Numbered from the stretch's first letter, positions 1-10,867 are shown. The stretch is DNA of 64,000 bases from Candidatus Kapaibacterium sp. (GCA_963665665.1 OY762428.1:4896001-4960000); one strand, 5' to 3'. The notes: a model not told the origin generated them from the sequence alone. Made by a program: numbers and translations.

Positions 1-580
1 TATCTGATTTATCAAGATATCGGAACATAGCAAGTACTTGCTTGATCACTGTGTATCTTTTATTTACGAGGGCTTTATCATTCAAATTAAATAGTTGAAT
101 AGTTTTTTCAGCTTTTAGAAATTCAATGCTGTCAGAAGAATTGTTTCTTGCAATAATTTTACCTGCTGATGTATAAATAAAGTATTGTTGTGGATTTTCA
201 GTAACAGGATTTATCAAATATTTATAATCACCTTTTCTTATAGTCTTATCTTTATATTTAGCACCATAATATTCGCAGTTGGAAGCAGTAATAAGATTAT
301 TCCAATTAAAAACCCATTCACAATCGGGGAAAAAGCTTCGTTTTAAGAAATGATCGATATGAGAGCGTGAACTGTCGGGAACGATATCTTCTTCAGTATA
401 TCCGCATTGGCTGTTTTGTTCGGAAGTAGATTGGCAATTCCCGTCGGGCAGAACGCCTTCCAGCATATATTGCCTTATATTCAAACCAATCCCGAAACTA
501 ATATCAGACCAGGTATCAGGCCTTGTTTTATTAATGTATTCCGAAAAGAAAGGAGGTTCTGCTTTATGAATAGCTTTCAC
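1..580 (-). CDS. HNH endonuclease, PtuB/retron-associated HNH-like (runs off the window edge; not in the ORF track)
   Basis: Manual translation from GTG at 580 (overlapping the ATPase stop): MKAIHKAEPPFFSEY...EQNSQCGYTEEDI...SHIDHFLKRSFFP...FNWNNLITAS...YGAKYKD...LINPVTENPQQYF...TIQLFNLND; open to position 1. Confidence 0.8.
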   Translation of the reverse strand, partial: MKAIHKAEPPFFSEYINKTRPDTWSDISFGIGLNIRQYMLEGVLPDGNCQSTSEQNSQCGYTEEDIVPDSSRSHIDHFLKRSFFPDCEWVFNWNNLITASNCEYYGAKYKDKTIRKGDYKYLINPVTENPQQYFIYTSAGKIIARNNSSDSIEFLKAEKTIQLFNLNDKALVNKRYTVIKQVLAMFRYLDKSD

Positions 581-1607
581 TTTCTTTTTCCTTTTTTTTT
601 CGTTCCATTCTTATCATTGCCAGATCGCTGTCGTATTTACCAAGTAAATTTTCAAGTTTGGAAAGTAGTTTTTTAAATTCCTGAGTATTATAATTATTAT
701 TTTCCAACATTTCATTCAGTTGATTCAAATCCTCGTCAACTTCAGGTGTTCTCAAAGTCTTTACCCTGAATATGTCAAGCAATATTTCATCTACTTTCTT
801 TCCATAGATGTTCCTGTTTCCGGATATAACTTCAATAATACCGTTGTTTTTTTGCAGAATCCTCAAATTATCATCTTCAACAGCCGAAACAACAAAAGGT
901 GAGTGAGTGGTAATAATTAATTGGTTGTTGTTTTGAATGGCTGCCTGCCTGTATAAATCTGTAATATTGCTTTGCCAGTTCGGATGAAGTGAACTTTCCG
1001 GCTCGTCAATCAGGATGACGCTGTTTTTTATTCCTGATAAATAAAGAGGTAATAATTTTGTAATTAGTTCTTTTTCTCCTCCTGACAGGTCTTCAATCCT
1101 GATTTTATCAGATAGCGTATTACTAAAAAAAATATCCTTTTTTTTGTCAAGCATTTTGAATGATATATCTAGATTTAATCCCTCGGATAATGATTTAATT
1201 TTATCTCTGAGAATTGAATATGCTATGCTGCTTTTAGTATCTTTTTCGTAGATAAGTTCGTCAATGAAATTAACTATTAACTCTCTGGCAGGATGATATT
1301 CTTCGCCGGCACGAAAGTATATTACTTTATCATGGATAATTTTAAATAATTCGCTGTCTGTTTTTAACCATTTTTTATCTATTCTCATGGTTTGAATATT
1401 TTCTTCATTCAGGTTTTCAATATCAATGTAATTTCTTTTATCGTGATTTATAAGCTTATCTTTTGAAAAGAACTGATAAATAAATTCCAACAATGAAGTT
1501 TTACCGCTTCCGTTAATTCCGCAAACAACAGTCAGGGGATAAGTAAAGTCAATTTTGAAGTTTTTCAGAATTTTATAATTCGATGTGTATAAAGATTTTA
1601 GTCTCAT
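564..1607 (-). CDS. ABC/AAA_21-type ATPase, PtuA-like
   Basis: Walker A GINGSGKT, signature LSGGEK, Walker B/D-loop LIDEPESSLHP, H-loop TTHSP; coupled to the HNH gene. Confidence 0.85.
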   Translation of the reverse strand: MRLKSLYTSNYKILKNFKIDFTYPLTVVCGINGSGKTSLLEFIYQFFSKDKLINHDKRNYIDIENLNEENIQTMRIDKKWLKTDSELFKIIHDKVIYFRAGEEYHPARELIVNFIDELIYEKDTKSSIAYSILRDKIKSLSEGLNLDISFKMLDKKKDIFFSNTLSDKIRIEDLSGGEKELITKLLPLYLSGIKNSVILIDEPESSLHPNWQSNITDLYRQAAIQNNNQLIITTHSPFVVSAVEDDNLRILQKNNGIIEVISGNRNIYGKKVDEILLDIFRVKTLRTPEVDEDLNQLNEMLENNNYNTQEFKKLLSKLENLLGKYDSDLAMIRMERKKKEKESESYS

Positions 1608-1829
1608 TTTTAATTATTTACGTTGATTAAATCAAAAAAACAATATAAATAAATTATTGATTACATACTAAATAATTCAGAATTTCTTATTTTTACCGAT
1701 TAAAATTAATAATTTTGGACTTCGTTATTGTATATATTACTTTTAAGTAATACAAATTATATAGTAACGAATAACATGTTTGATGTGTATATACAGAATC
1801 AGATTTAGTAAATTTTATAGGGCGGAAAA

Positions 1830-3977
1830 ATGAAGCAAACCATATTCCCGATCATTTTATTAACAATCTTAATTTTCAAAACCAACAGCACAATATCAGG
1901 TGAAATACCTTTGCAGATGATGCCGGAAGTTCAACACTTGGATGAAGTAAAATCGCAGGTAAGATGCAACTGCTCGAAAAAATACCACGACATGCCTATG
2001 CGGGTGGAGTTTATGCCGATTGAGAAAAGGCCTTACGATGTTTCGAAATTAAATATTTCAATTGACTGGTATCACCTTTTTGCCGGTGATTCAGCTGATG
2101 TTTTTTCCAATCCCTTATGGTATGCAAATGTGATTCTGGATGTGAAAATCCTTGATGAAAGTATTGACAAAATTGTTTTTGATTCGTACAATTTGAATAT
2201 TGACTCTGTTCTTTTTGAAGGAAATACTGTTCAGTTCACTACTTCAATCGATGACCAGGCTTTGGAAATTATACCGGGTAGAGTCCTTGAGGCAAACGAA
2301 GATGTTAGCTTTCAAATATTTTATCATAAAAATATCAGGAATGAAGACGGCTTTTTCCTATTCGAAGAAGGCCGCTATGTTGGCATGGGTGCCAATGGTG
2401 ATACCATCAGGGTTGAGGAAAGGGTTGCTTACACACAAAGCGAACCCAACCTGACAAGAACCTGGGTTCCATGCAACGACAGCCCCTACGACAAATCTTT
2501 TGTGGAACTTAATTTTATTGTACCGGAAGGGTTCACGTCGGCATCGAACGGGCTTTTGAAAAATGATTACGTTTCGGATGGTAAAAGATATCAAAAATGG
2601 GTTCCGAGAGATAAAATGGCCCCATACCTGATGGTGGCAAATGCTTCTAAATTCTATCAATATTCTGACTGGTATAAAAAAGTTACAAATCCTGAAGATT
2701 CCATCGAAGTTCAATATTATGTATGGGAGAAAGATTATCTGAATGAAAAACGTGACGGTACTGTTTACAATCCGCGTTTCGCATTTGATAATACTGTAAT
2801 GATGATAGAAGAATACTCAAAACTATTTGGTGAATACCCTTATGAAAAATATGGTATGGTAACTGTGCAGCCATATTATTATGGCGGTATGGAGCACCAG
2901 ACTTTGTCAACAGTGAACAGGGTATGGCTTCGCGGTTATAGTTATTATGGCATAGCCCATGAACTTGCTCACCAGTGGTTCGGAGATTTGATAACCTGTG
3001 CCTCATGGTATGATATATGGATTAACGAGGGAGCCGCAACATGGGCTGAAGCTCTTTGGGGTGAAAGAAAATGGTATAAGGATATTTATTACGATGTAAT
3101 GATGAATGCCCGGAAAACATACCTTCGCAAAGGTGGCTTAAGTATGCCGCAAATATACGGGCTGCCGGTAGAAACTATTTTCGGATCGAATTATGTTCTT
3201 GTGTATGACAAAGCAAGCTGGATATACCACATGCTCAGGGAAAATCTCGGCGATGATGTATATTTCTCCACTCTTCAAAAAATGCTGAATGATTATAAAT
3301 TCCAGGCAATAGATTCAAAACAGTACCAGGAAGTATTTGAAAAATACGTACCTGATCCCGAGATTGATTTTGAAACATTCTTCGGACAGTGGCTATACAG
3401 TGCCGGGCATCCTGTTTACAGGATTGAATCTGTTAATCATATCCACGAGAACGGCAGCTCTGATGTTGCGCTGACTCTTATGCAGGTTCAGGATGGTGAT
3501 AATGTTCCTGAATTATTTAAAACGCCTTTGTGGATTAACTTCTTTGGGCCTGATTCCACTATTGTTACTCACAGGATTTTAAATGTTGAACAAAACCAGG
3601 TTGAGTATTTTACATTGCCTTTTGTTCCTGATTCACTTCATATTGATATCAGGAAAACTTTATGTGAGGAACATTCCGTGATTACTGATATCAGAGAAAG
3701 CAATGACAATATATCCGATAATGAAATCAGCATTTATCCCAATCCGGTATTGGGTGCAAATGAGTCGATTCTAAAAATAAATACCGGGGCTTCGGCAGTA
3801 AAGGCAGAAATATATGACGAAATGGGAAATAAAATAAGAGATTTATATAATGGAAATGTACCTGCAGGTAATTATGAGATTCCCATAAATGTTGAAGGTA
3901 TGGCGTCTGGCAGGTATTTTATCCGTACAATTATCAACGGAAGTCCGACAGTTAAGCCGTTTACTTATTTTAAATAA
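1830..3977 (+). CDS. M1 family aminopeptidase with T9SS type A C-terminal domain
   Basis: Signal peptide, GGMEH, HELAH-x18-E (INEG) zinc motif, C-terminal ISIYPNP...IYDEMG...SGRYFIR. Confidence 0.9.
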   Translation: MKQTIFPIILLTILIFKTNSTISGEIPLQMMPEVQHLDEVKSQVRCNCSKKYHDMPMRVEFMPIEKRPYDVSKLNISIDWYHLFAGDSADVFSNPLWYANVILDVKILDESIDKIVFDSYNLNIDSVLFEGNTVQFTTSIDDQALEIIPGRVLEANEDVSFQIFYHKNIRNEDGFFLFEEGRYVGMGANGDTIRVEERVAYTQSEPNLTRTWVPCNDSPYDKSFVELNFIVPEGFTSASNGLLKNDYVSDGKRYQKWVPRDKMAPYLMVANASKFYQYSDWYKKVTNPEDSIEVQYYVWEKDYLNEKRDGTVYNPRFAFDNTVMMIEEYSKLFGEYPYEKYGMVTVQPYYYGGMEHQTLSTVNRVWLRGYSYYGIAHELAHQWFGDLITCASWYDIWINEGAATWAEALWGERKWYKDIYYDVMMNARKTYLRKGGLSMPQIYGLPVETIFGSNYVLVYDKASWIYHMLRENLGDDVYFSTLQKMLNDYKFQAIDSKQYQEVFEKYVPDPEIDFETFFGQWLYSAGHPVYRIESVNHIHENGSSDVALTLMQVQDGDNVPELFKTPLWINFFGPDSTIVTHRILNVEQNQVEYFTLPFVPDSLHIDIRKTLCEEHSVITDIRESNDNISDNEISIYPNPVLGANESILKINTGASAVKAEIYDEMGNKIRDLYNGNVPAGNYEIPINVEGMASGRYFIRTIINGSPTVKPFTYFK

Positions 3978-4025
3978 TTTTGATATTGTATAAGACATGC
4001 AATCACTTGTTTCTTTATCTTTACG

Positions 4026-4060
4026 AAATATCCGATACCTCGGTGGTATCGGATATTTTT
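4026..4060. terminator. Bidirectional intrinsic terminator
   Basis: AAATATCCGATACC-TCGGT-GGTATCGGATATTTTT hairpin between convergent genes. Confidence 0.75.
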
Positions 4061-4128
4061 ATCTACAAATAACATCCTTTTCATATTGAAGCTTATTTTT
4101 TATTCTTCCAACCCACTTTGCTTTCCTT

Positions 4129-4512
4129 CTATTTAAACTCCTTGCCGCAGTCCCGGCATTTGTAGTTCGGATTAATATTGCCAATCGGAACGAATGTAAA
4201 AATCGAAAGCAATATCGTTACAATTTTTTTAAACTTATTACTGCCAAGGCCGGATTCAATATTCGACGATCCGCATTCCGGGCATTTCAGTTCAAATTTT
4301 TGGTTCAGCCCGAGAATCTCCACTGCGTTGTCGTAATCTTCGGCATTTATTATTATCTGGGCACCGGAACCCATTAATTTGTAATAATTCGGAAGCATAT
4401 CAGACATATTCCTGTTAGTTATGAAGCATGGAATGCCTTCGCTTTCCAGTTTCCCCCGGATAATATCCGCCTCGACAGAGGATTCGCAGGTCATTAAGCG
4501 CATTGTTTTCAT
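4129..4512 (-). CDS. DUF2007-like protein with zinc ribbon
   Basis: EADIIRGKLESEGIPCFI N-terminal domain; CPECGS...CRDCG pair flanking a hydrophobic segment. Confidence 0.75.
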   Translation of the reverse strand: MKTMRLMTCESSVEADIIRGKLESEGIPCFITNRNMSDMLPNYYKLMGSGAQIIINAEDYDNAVEILGLNQKFELKCPECGSSNIESGLGSNKFKKIVTILLSIFTFVPIGNINPNYKCRDCGKEFK

Positions 4513-4664
4513 ATCTTAACTAATTCAATACTTGAATAATCATCTTTTAAAAATAATATTTTATGTTTGCAATATTAATAAATTCATCTGATGAAAAAAA
4601 TTCGATTTATTTAAAGTTTAAATTATTTATTTTTGCGATAATTATAATTTACTCGGGAAGCGTC

Positions 4665-6554
4665 ATGAGAAAATGGACAATTGAAGATTCGGCGGAACTT
4701 TACAACGTAAAGGGATGGGGCCTAAATTATGTTGGTATAAATAATCAGGGGAACCTGTTTGTAAAGCCAAATTCGGGTAGTCCGGAAATCGATATAAAAG
4801 AGATAATTGACGAGTTGAACCTTACGGATGTAAATACGCCGGTACTTCTCAGGTTTCCGGATATTCTGGACAGCAGGATTGAAACTTTGGCTGAATGTTT
4901 TGCCAAATCCTCTGAAGAATACGAGTACAAGGGAAATTATTTTACGGTCTATCCGATTAAAGTCAACCAGACCAAGCAGGTAGTGGAAGAAATCCTGCGA
5001 TACGGTAAAAAATATAATATCGGCCTGGAAGCCGGATCAAAACCCGAATTACATGCTGTTCTGTCATTCACTGAAAATTCCGATGCTCTGATAGTTTGTA
5101 ACGGATATAAAGATGATGATTTTATCGAGCTTGCACTGCTTGCACAGAAAATGGGCCGGAAGGTTTATATTGTAGTAGAGAAACTCAATGAATTAAGGCT
5201 GATCATAAAAAAATCGAAACAGCTTAATGTTGCTCCCAATATTGGTATCAGGGTGAAACTTTCCAGCGAAGGAAGTGGTAAATGGGAGGATTCCGGCGGA
5301 GACAGGAGTAAATTCGGGCTCAATGCCAGTGAACTTCTCGAGGCAATAGCAATGGCTGAAAAGGCAAAAGTTCTTGACAGGATAAAACTCGTTCATTTTC
5401 ACCTCGGGAGCCAGATTACTAATATTAGAAATATCAAAAATGCACTCAGGGAAGCTTCTCAGTTCTACGTTCAATTATGTAAAATGAATTGTTCGGTTGA
5501 ATTTGTTGATATTGGCGGCGGCCTTGGTGTGGATTATGACGGCTCAAAATCCTCTGGTTCCAGCAGTATGAATTATTATATACAGGAATATAGTAACGAT
5601 GCCGTTGCCACATTCGGGGAAGCTTGCGAGAAACACGGCTTGAAGCACCCTAATATTATTTCCGAGTCAGGAAGGTCACTTACAGCTCATCATACTCTGC
5701 TGGTTTTTGATGTACTTGAAAAAACAACGCTGCCGTCATGGCCGGAAGATGAAGAAACAACTGATAATGATCATGAATTAACCAAAGAGCTTTACGATAT
5801 ATGGGATAATTTTACATTGCAGGGTATGCTTGAGTCCTGGCATGATGCCTTACAGATAAGGGGAGAGGCTTACGATCTGTTTTCACTCGGCCTGCTCGAC
5901 CTTAGCACAAGGGCTAAAATTGAAAGGTTGTTCTGGTCAATAGCCCGGGAAGTTTATCATGCCAGCCAGGAGATGAAACATCCTCCGCCGGAATTGCGAA
6001 AATTATCGAAAATGCTTGCTGATAAATATTTTTGCAATTTCTCTCTGTTCCAGTCTTTGCCGGATTCTTGGGCAATAGACCAGGTATTCCCGATTATGCC
6101 GATTCACAGGCTGAATGAGAAACCGAACAGGGTGGCTACTCTCCAGGATATTACATGTGATTCCGACGGTAAGATTGATAACTTCATTGGTGCACGCGAT
6201 ATAGCTTATTATCTTCCGGTGCATGATTTCAAAAAAGGCAAGCCATATTATATTGGGGTTATGCTAATAGGAGCCTACCAGGAGATACTTGGTGATATGC
6301 ACAATCTTTTCGGAGATACAAATACTGTTCATATTAAAATTAAAGATAATTATTACGTAATTGACCAGGTAATTGACGGGCAGACGGTTACGGAAGTATT
6401 GGAATATGTTCAGTATAATAGCAAAAAGATGGTCCGAACAATGGAAACATGGGTAAGCCGTGCAGTGAAAGAAGGCAGGATAACAGCTGTGGAAGGAAAA
6501 GAATTCCTGTCGAATTATAAATCAGGATTATACGGATATACATACTTGGAATAG
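4665..6554 (+). CDS. speA: Biosynthetic arginine decarboxylase
   Basis: YPIKVNQ PLP-lysine motif, LEAGSKPEL, HFHLGSQ, DITCDSDG, GAYQEILGDMHNLFG; start moved to MRKWTIEDS. Confidence 0.95.
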   Translation: MRKWTIEDSAELYNVKGWGLNYVGINNQGNLFVKPNSGSPEIDIKEIIDELNLTDVNTPVLLRFPDILDSRIETLAECFAKSSEEYEYKGNYFTVYPIKVNQTKQVVEEILRYGKKYNIGLEAGSKPELHAVLSFTENSDALIVCNGYKDDDFIELALLAQKMGRKVYIVVEKLNELRLIIKKSKQLNVAPNIGIRVKLSSEGSGKWEDSGGDRSKFGLNASELLEAIAMAEKAKVLDRIKLVHFHLGSQITNIRNIKNALREASQFYVQLCKMNCSVEFVDIGGGLGVDYDGSKSSGSSSMNYYIQEYSNDAVATFGEACEKHGLKHPNIISESGRSLTAHHTLLVFDVLEKTTLPSWPEDEETTDNDHELTKELYDIWDNFTLQGMLESWHDALQIRGEAYDLFSLGLLDLSTRAKIERLFWSIAREVYHASQEMKHPPPELRKLSKMLADKYFCNFSLFQSLPDSWAIDQVFPIMPIHRLNEKPNRVATLQDITCDSDGKIDNFIGARDIAYYLPVHDFKKGKPYYIGVMLIGAYQEILGDMHNLFGDTNTVHIKIKDNYYVIDQVIDGQTVTEVLEYVQYNSKKMVRTMETWVSRAVKEGRITAVEGKEFLSNYKSGLYGYTYLE

Positions 6555-6558
6555 TTAA

Positions 6559-7347
6559 ATGGCAGAAATGAAATGCAGGTTGTGTGGTGAAGAAAATTCA
6601 AAGTTATTTTACAGGCAGGGGCAGAATTCGGAATATAAATTTTATCTCTGCAGGAATTGCGGGCTGGTTAATTATGATCTGTCATCAGGATTGAATCAGG
6701 AAAAGTTTACCAGAAAGTATGTTCCCGTTGATGTTTTAAATGATAAACAGAACAGAACACAGGCCGAATCATACAGATTTTTCAGAAATTATATTAAGCC
6801 TCCCGGTAAAATACTTGATATTGGCTGTGGTAATGGAAATCTTCTTTACTTAGCACGAAAGGATGGATTTGAAGTTCGCGGGATAGAGTTGTCCGATTAT
6901 TTTGCAAAAGAGATTAAAGACAGATTGTCTATTGCCGTTGATGTAGCTAATTTCCTTGAATACGAATCAGAGGATAGGTTTGATTACATTGTTATACGCC
7001 ACGTATTGGAACATCTGCCGGATTCAGGAAAAGCCCTGAACAAAATTAACTCCCTCCTTAATCCGGGCGGAATTGTCCTGCTGGAATTTCCGAATATAAT
7101 GGGGCTGGAATTCAAGGCAAAAAGGGTAATGGAGAAAACCGGTTTGCACAGGAAAAAATATTCCCGCGATTACAAACCCGGCCATTGCAACGAATTCAGC
7201 ATCAAGCCATTCACATATCTTGCTCATGCCACAGGCTTTGAGTTAATAAAATGGCAGACTTATTCCAATAAGAAACCTGGCTATTTCCTATATAATTATT
7301 TTGATATTGCTTCAAAGGCAAGGGCTGTGATTAAGAAAGTAAAGTAA
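6559..7347 (+). CDS. Class I SAM-dependent methyltransferase with N-terminal Zn-finger
   Basis: CRLC...CRNC; ILDIGCGNG; RHVLEHLPD. Confidence 0.85.
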   Translation: MAEMKCRLCGEENSKLFYRQGQNSEYKFYLCRNCGLVNYDLSSGLNQEKFTRKYVPVDVLNDKQNRTQAESYRFFRNYIKPPGKILDIGCGNGNLLYLARKDGFEVRGIELSDYFAKEIKDRLSIAVDVANFLEYESEDRFDYIVIRHVLEHLPDSGKALNKINSLLNPGGIVLLEFPNIMGLEFKAKRVMEKTGLHRKKYSRDYKPGHCNEFSIKPFTYLAHATGFELIKWQTYSNKKPGYFLYNYFDIASKARAVIKKVK

Positions 7348-7587
7348 AATATTTTAAAGATATTATCACTTCCACGGTAGGATAAATATAAATTTTCCGG
7401 GTCTTTCAATAATTTTATTTGGCTATATCAGTAGACGTTTGTAATTGAATTTCAGCGGAACGTATCATTTTCCTGCATAAATTTGGAGCAATAGTTAATA
7501 AATTATATAATTCATTGATATTACATATCTTAATACAGCTGCTACACCATCCGGAATTGATTTTTTGTGCAATAAATCCTTTGATTT

Positions 7588-7944
7588 GAGCTTTCCGAGC
7601 GTTCCCCCATGCTTTCCGAGCGTTCCCCCGAGCCTGCCGAGCGTTCCCCCGAGCTTCCTGAGCGTTCCCCCGAGCTTTCCGAGCATTCCCTCATGCTTTC
7701 CGAGCGTTCACCCGAGCTTTCCGAGCGTTCACCCGAGCTTTCCGAGCATTCCCTCATGCTTTCCGAGCATTCCCCCCAGCTTTCCGAGCGTTCCCCCGAG
7801 CTTTCCGAGCGTTCCCTCATGCTTTCCGAGCGTTCACCCGAGCTTTCCGAGTATTCTCCCGAGCCTGATTATCGCTGATATATGCCGTCTTAGCGTTGGT
7901 TAGTGCCGTCTTAGCGTTGGTTTGTGCTTTCAAAAACACTTTTC
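7588..7944. repeat. 21-bp tandem array (13 conserved units plus about 4 diverged in-phase units)
   Basis: Unit (GA/AT)GCTTTCCGAGC(G/A)TTC(C/A)C(C/T)C from 7588 at 21-bp steps to 7860, then TGCCGTCTTAGCGTTGGTT x2 in the same phase. Confidence 0.95.
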
Positions 7945-8244
7945 CAGGTAAAATTTTACTAAGATTACACAGAATTTTACTCTTTTGATAAGAAATTTCG
8001 TTCTATTGATCCGTTCGATCCATTTTATCAATTAATATTTTGATCTGATAATGCATCTGTTTGCTTTTGCCGGGTGATTGTTTTATTTATAAATATTGAA
8101 GTTTGCTTTGCCCGGCAATGTTGATAATCCATCGGCACATAATTTCCATCGGATGGAATGTGAAATACTTATCATGCCTGGCCCGAACAGGATTATCGTT
8201 TCAATCTGTCATGTTTTTATAGTTCTGTATTAAATTACTTATGG

Positions 8245-9273
8245 CTATTCCGGTTTATAATTGTAAGGCAATGTGCTCCAAAGCAAATTGTTTCCCCATT
8301 TACCGTTTATAATTAAAGCGTGATTAGGATCGATCAGTTTACCATCCGAATCCAGCCATACCATTTTTCCGAAATACTCAAGAAGAGATACTTCACGGCT
8401 TGCCCAAAAGAGGAATTTCCTGGAATAATATACATTTGTACTGTCAGCAAATCGGATACTATAGTAACCTTCTTCGTTCGTTTTTTCAACCAGCCCGTCT
8501 TTCAGCGGATCCATTTCATCACCATCCTCGCCGTTAATCACCGGGTATAGGGAAAAGCCTTCATCTTCAGTTGTTCCGGCAATCAGAGAGCGGCAGAAGT
8601 GAAGAAAGCCGCCTTCATAAGTACTTTCTCTGTGTTTGCGCCATTTTATTCTTTGTTCGCCGTTTTCAGGTTCCATTTCCTCGAACCATACGTCTTTGTC
8701 GATATAAGCTAATCTTTTTCTTTTAATAAATTGGTGCAGGTTAACTGTCAGCATATAACCGAGATATTTGTTCTCAATTATCAGGGGATTTTTGCTTTCA
8801 GCGTATAAGAATGTTTTTCCTTCAATATTTTTTTCTGAAAGGATAAGTTCTTCCGGATTAAGAATTTTTGCCTTATCGGCATTTTTGTTGTCTCCCCAGA
8901 AATAAAGCTTGAATTCTTCGAAAAGTTCCTGCCAGTTTCTGCCGCTGATCTCAATTCCGTCTGTAACAATTTCTTTTTCAGTCAGTTTGAAATTGAATGT
9001 CAGTATATCATTTTTTTTCAGGTTTATTTCCCTGTTTTCCGGGTTGTAAGACACTCCGGATATTATCAGTTTGTAGTCCCCGTTTTTAATATCCTTTATA
9101 ACGAAAGTGCCGTCGGGTTTTGTTCTTGTGCCAATGGTGGTGCCTGAAAAATAAACAGAAACTGAAGGAATGGGATTTCCCCTGGCATCAGTAACCCTGC
9201 CATTTATTTCTGCTGCAGACAAATTATAATTTGTAAGTAAAATAAAAGATAAAGCAATAAGTAGAATCTTCAT
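8245..9273 (-). CDS. Carboxypeptidase regulatory-like domain protein (exported)
   Basis: Signal peptide; INGRVTD.RGNPIPSVSVYFSGTTIGT.T..DGTF.I. Confidence 0.75.
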   Translation of the reverse strand: MKILLIALSFILLTNYNLSAAEINGRVTDARGNPIPSVSVYFSGTTIGTRTKPDGTFVIKDIKNGDYKLIISGVSYNPENREINLKKNDILTFNFKLTEKEIVTDGIEISGRNWQELFEEFKLYFWGDNKNADKAKILNPEELILSEKNIEGKTFLYAESKNPLIIENKYLGYMLTVNLHQFIKRKRLAYIDKDVWFEEMEPENGEQRIKWRKHRESTYEGGFLHFCRSLIAGTTEDEGFSLYPVINGEDGDEMDPLKDGLVEKTNEEGYYSIRFADSTNVYYSRKFLFWASREVSLLEYFGKMVWLDSDGKLIDPNHALIINGKWGNNLLWSTLPYNYKPE

Positions 9274-9529
9274 GTTCTTACCCCCTGTGAATTAGTTACT
9301 ATGGCACCCGAAATAAAGACTGGTCAAAAGTACAAAAAGTTACAAATCTTATTTAATTTAGAATAATATCCTGCTGAATTTTTTTGTATATTTAAAATTA
9401 TGAAATAGTCAATAACAGAATATTTCATAATTTCTGATGAGGCTGAAAATCGTTCAAAAACTGTTTTGGAATTGTCAGCCCAAATATTGAAATAAATATT
9501 GTAATTAATTGATAATAAATTTAATTAGT

Positions 9530-10867
9530 ATGAACCGTATAATAGCATCTTTTGTTTTGTTTATTGTTTTGTCCTTTGCATCTTATGCCCAGCAGGGCAT
9601 GACTTTCGGAGAATTTGCACAGAAAATTGATCCTTATTTTGACAAAGACCTTATTCTTGACATAAAAAAAGAACTTCCCCAGGGAAGCGACTATTCAATT
9701 TGGGGCTGGGATGTGGGAGATTTCTCCGGTGACGGCTACAATGATGTTGCTTTTGCTCTTAAGCTAAGTTCAGACAAAAGAAGGCTTATGCATGTATATA
9801 TGTTTGCCGATATCGAAGGTTATCTGACAAAGGTGGGGCAGTTTGCCTATGAGTATGTTCAGCTTCCTATTGAAATCGGGTGTGTAATCAGGCATAATGG
9901 CTGCTTTGTTACAAAGAAGAATAAACAATACGACTGGCTAATTATAGGTTATACTTTTGATAACGGGGCGTTGATTAAACTTGATGAGTACCGGACAAGC
10001 AGAATAGGCAGGCTAACCCATGAAAGCTACCGTAATTTCCTGACGCTTCAGGGAACTGAGAAATATCTTGTTACCAGGAACGGGGATGAGGAATTCTTCA
10101 CTAACTTCCTTTCAATTCCAACTTATTACAGGGGAAGGAAAGTTTTTAAAGGCTATTCATACGAACCTTATGCTTATAATATAGATTACGTTCATAAGGG
10201 AGCATATTACTGGGACGGAGAACAGGATGCTTCATTTTCAGTTCAAACGGCTTATAACGATCAGTATTTGTATGTATCCGTGGATGTGAAGGATGATAAA
10301 TTAGTATCGCCACGGTGTGATTCCTGCCCCGGCGATAACATTCAGATATGGATAGATGCTTTATCACCATTTATTGTGGCTGGCGACAGGTTTGTATTCA
10401 ATAACAAGAATAAGTTACGTTTCAGGACAAATTCCGAGTTTGGTATATTCAACATAAATTTCTATCCCGGAAATTTCTATGAAAAGAAACCGTATTTTGC
10501 AATAAGTACAACAGATGAACTGGAATCATATCAAAAAGTTGCAGTAAGTGATATCAAAGTAGCATCTAATTTGAAAGATGACGGTTTCAAGATAAAATTC
10601 AGAATACCATTTAAATTACTCGGTTTTGAAGGCAGCCCACTGGAATCTGATGAGATAACAGAAATCGGCTGCACAATGATTTTCGCAGATATTGATAATC
10701 AGTTCCGTGAGGAAGAAGAAACACAGATAGCCACATCGGCATTTTCTTCGCTGAATCCTTCTTCCTACGGCAGTTTACTAATAATTCCCTCTAATAAATG
10801 GTATGGGGAATCCTATAACATTTATAAGGAAGAGCTCCTGAAAGCATTGCTTGAGAACGGATTTTGA
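9530..10867 (+). CDS. Exported hypothetical protein with CBM9-like C-terminal domain
   Basis: Signal MNRIIASFVLFIVLSFASYA; AYNDQYLYVSVDVKDD...DNIQIWID...KFRIPFKLLG. Confidence 0.55.
   Translation: MNRIIASFVLFIVLSFASYAQQGMTFGEFAQKIDPYFDKDLILDIKKELPQGSDYSIWGWDVGDFSGDGYNDVAFALKLSSDKRRLMHVYMFADIEGYLTKVGQFAYEYVQLPIEIGCVIRHNGCFVTKKNKQYDWLIIGYTFDNGALIKLDEYRTSRIGRLTHESYRNFLTLQGTEKYLVTRNGDEEFFTNFLSIPTYYRGRKVFKGYSYEPYAYNIDYVHKGAYYWDGEQDASFSVQTAYNDQYLYVSVDVKDDKLVSPRCDSCPGDNIQIWIDALSPFIVAGDRFVFNNKNKLRFRTNSEFGIFNINFYPGNFYEKKPYFAISTTDELESYQKVAVSDIKVASNLKDDGFKIKFRIPFKLLGFEGSPLESDEITEIGCTMIFADIDNQFREEEETQIATSAFSSLNPSSYGSLLIIPSNKWYGESYNIYKEELLKALLENGF

Noticed and set aside
1608-1829. Retron msr-msd upstream of the PtuAB-like pair
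   Set aside because: Short AT-rich divergent promoter region without long inverted repeats or an RT gene
7495-7903. Short repeat-derived ORFs in several frames
   Set aside because: By-products of a period divisible by three; no SD or unique domain; treated as a repeat
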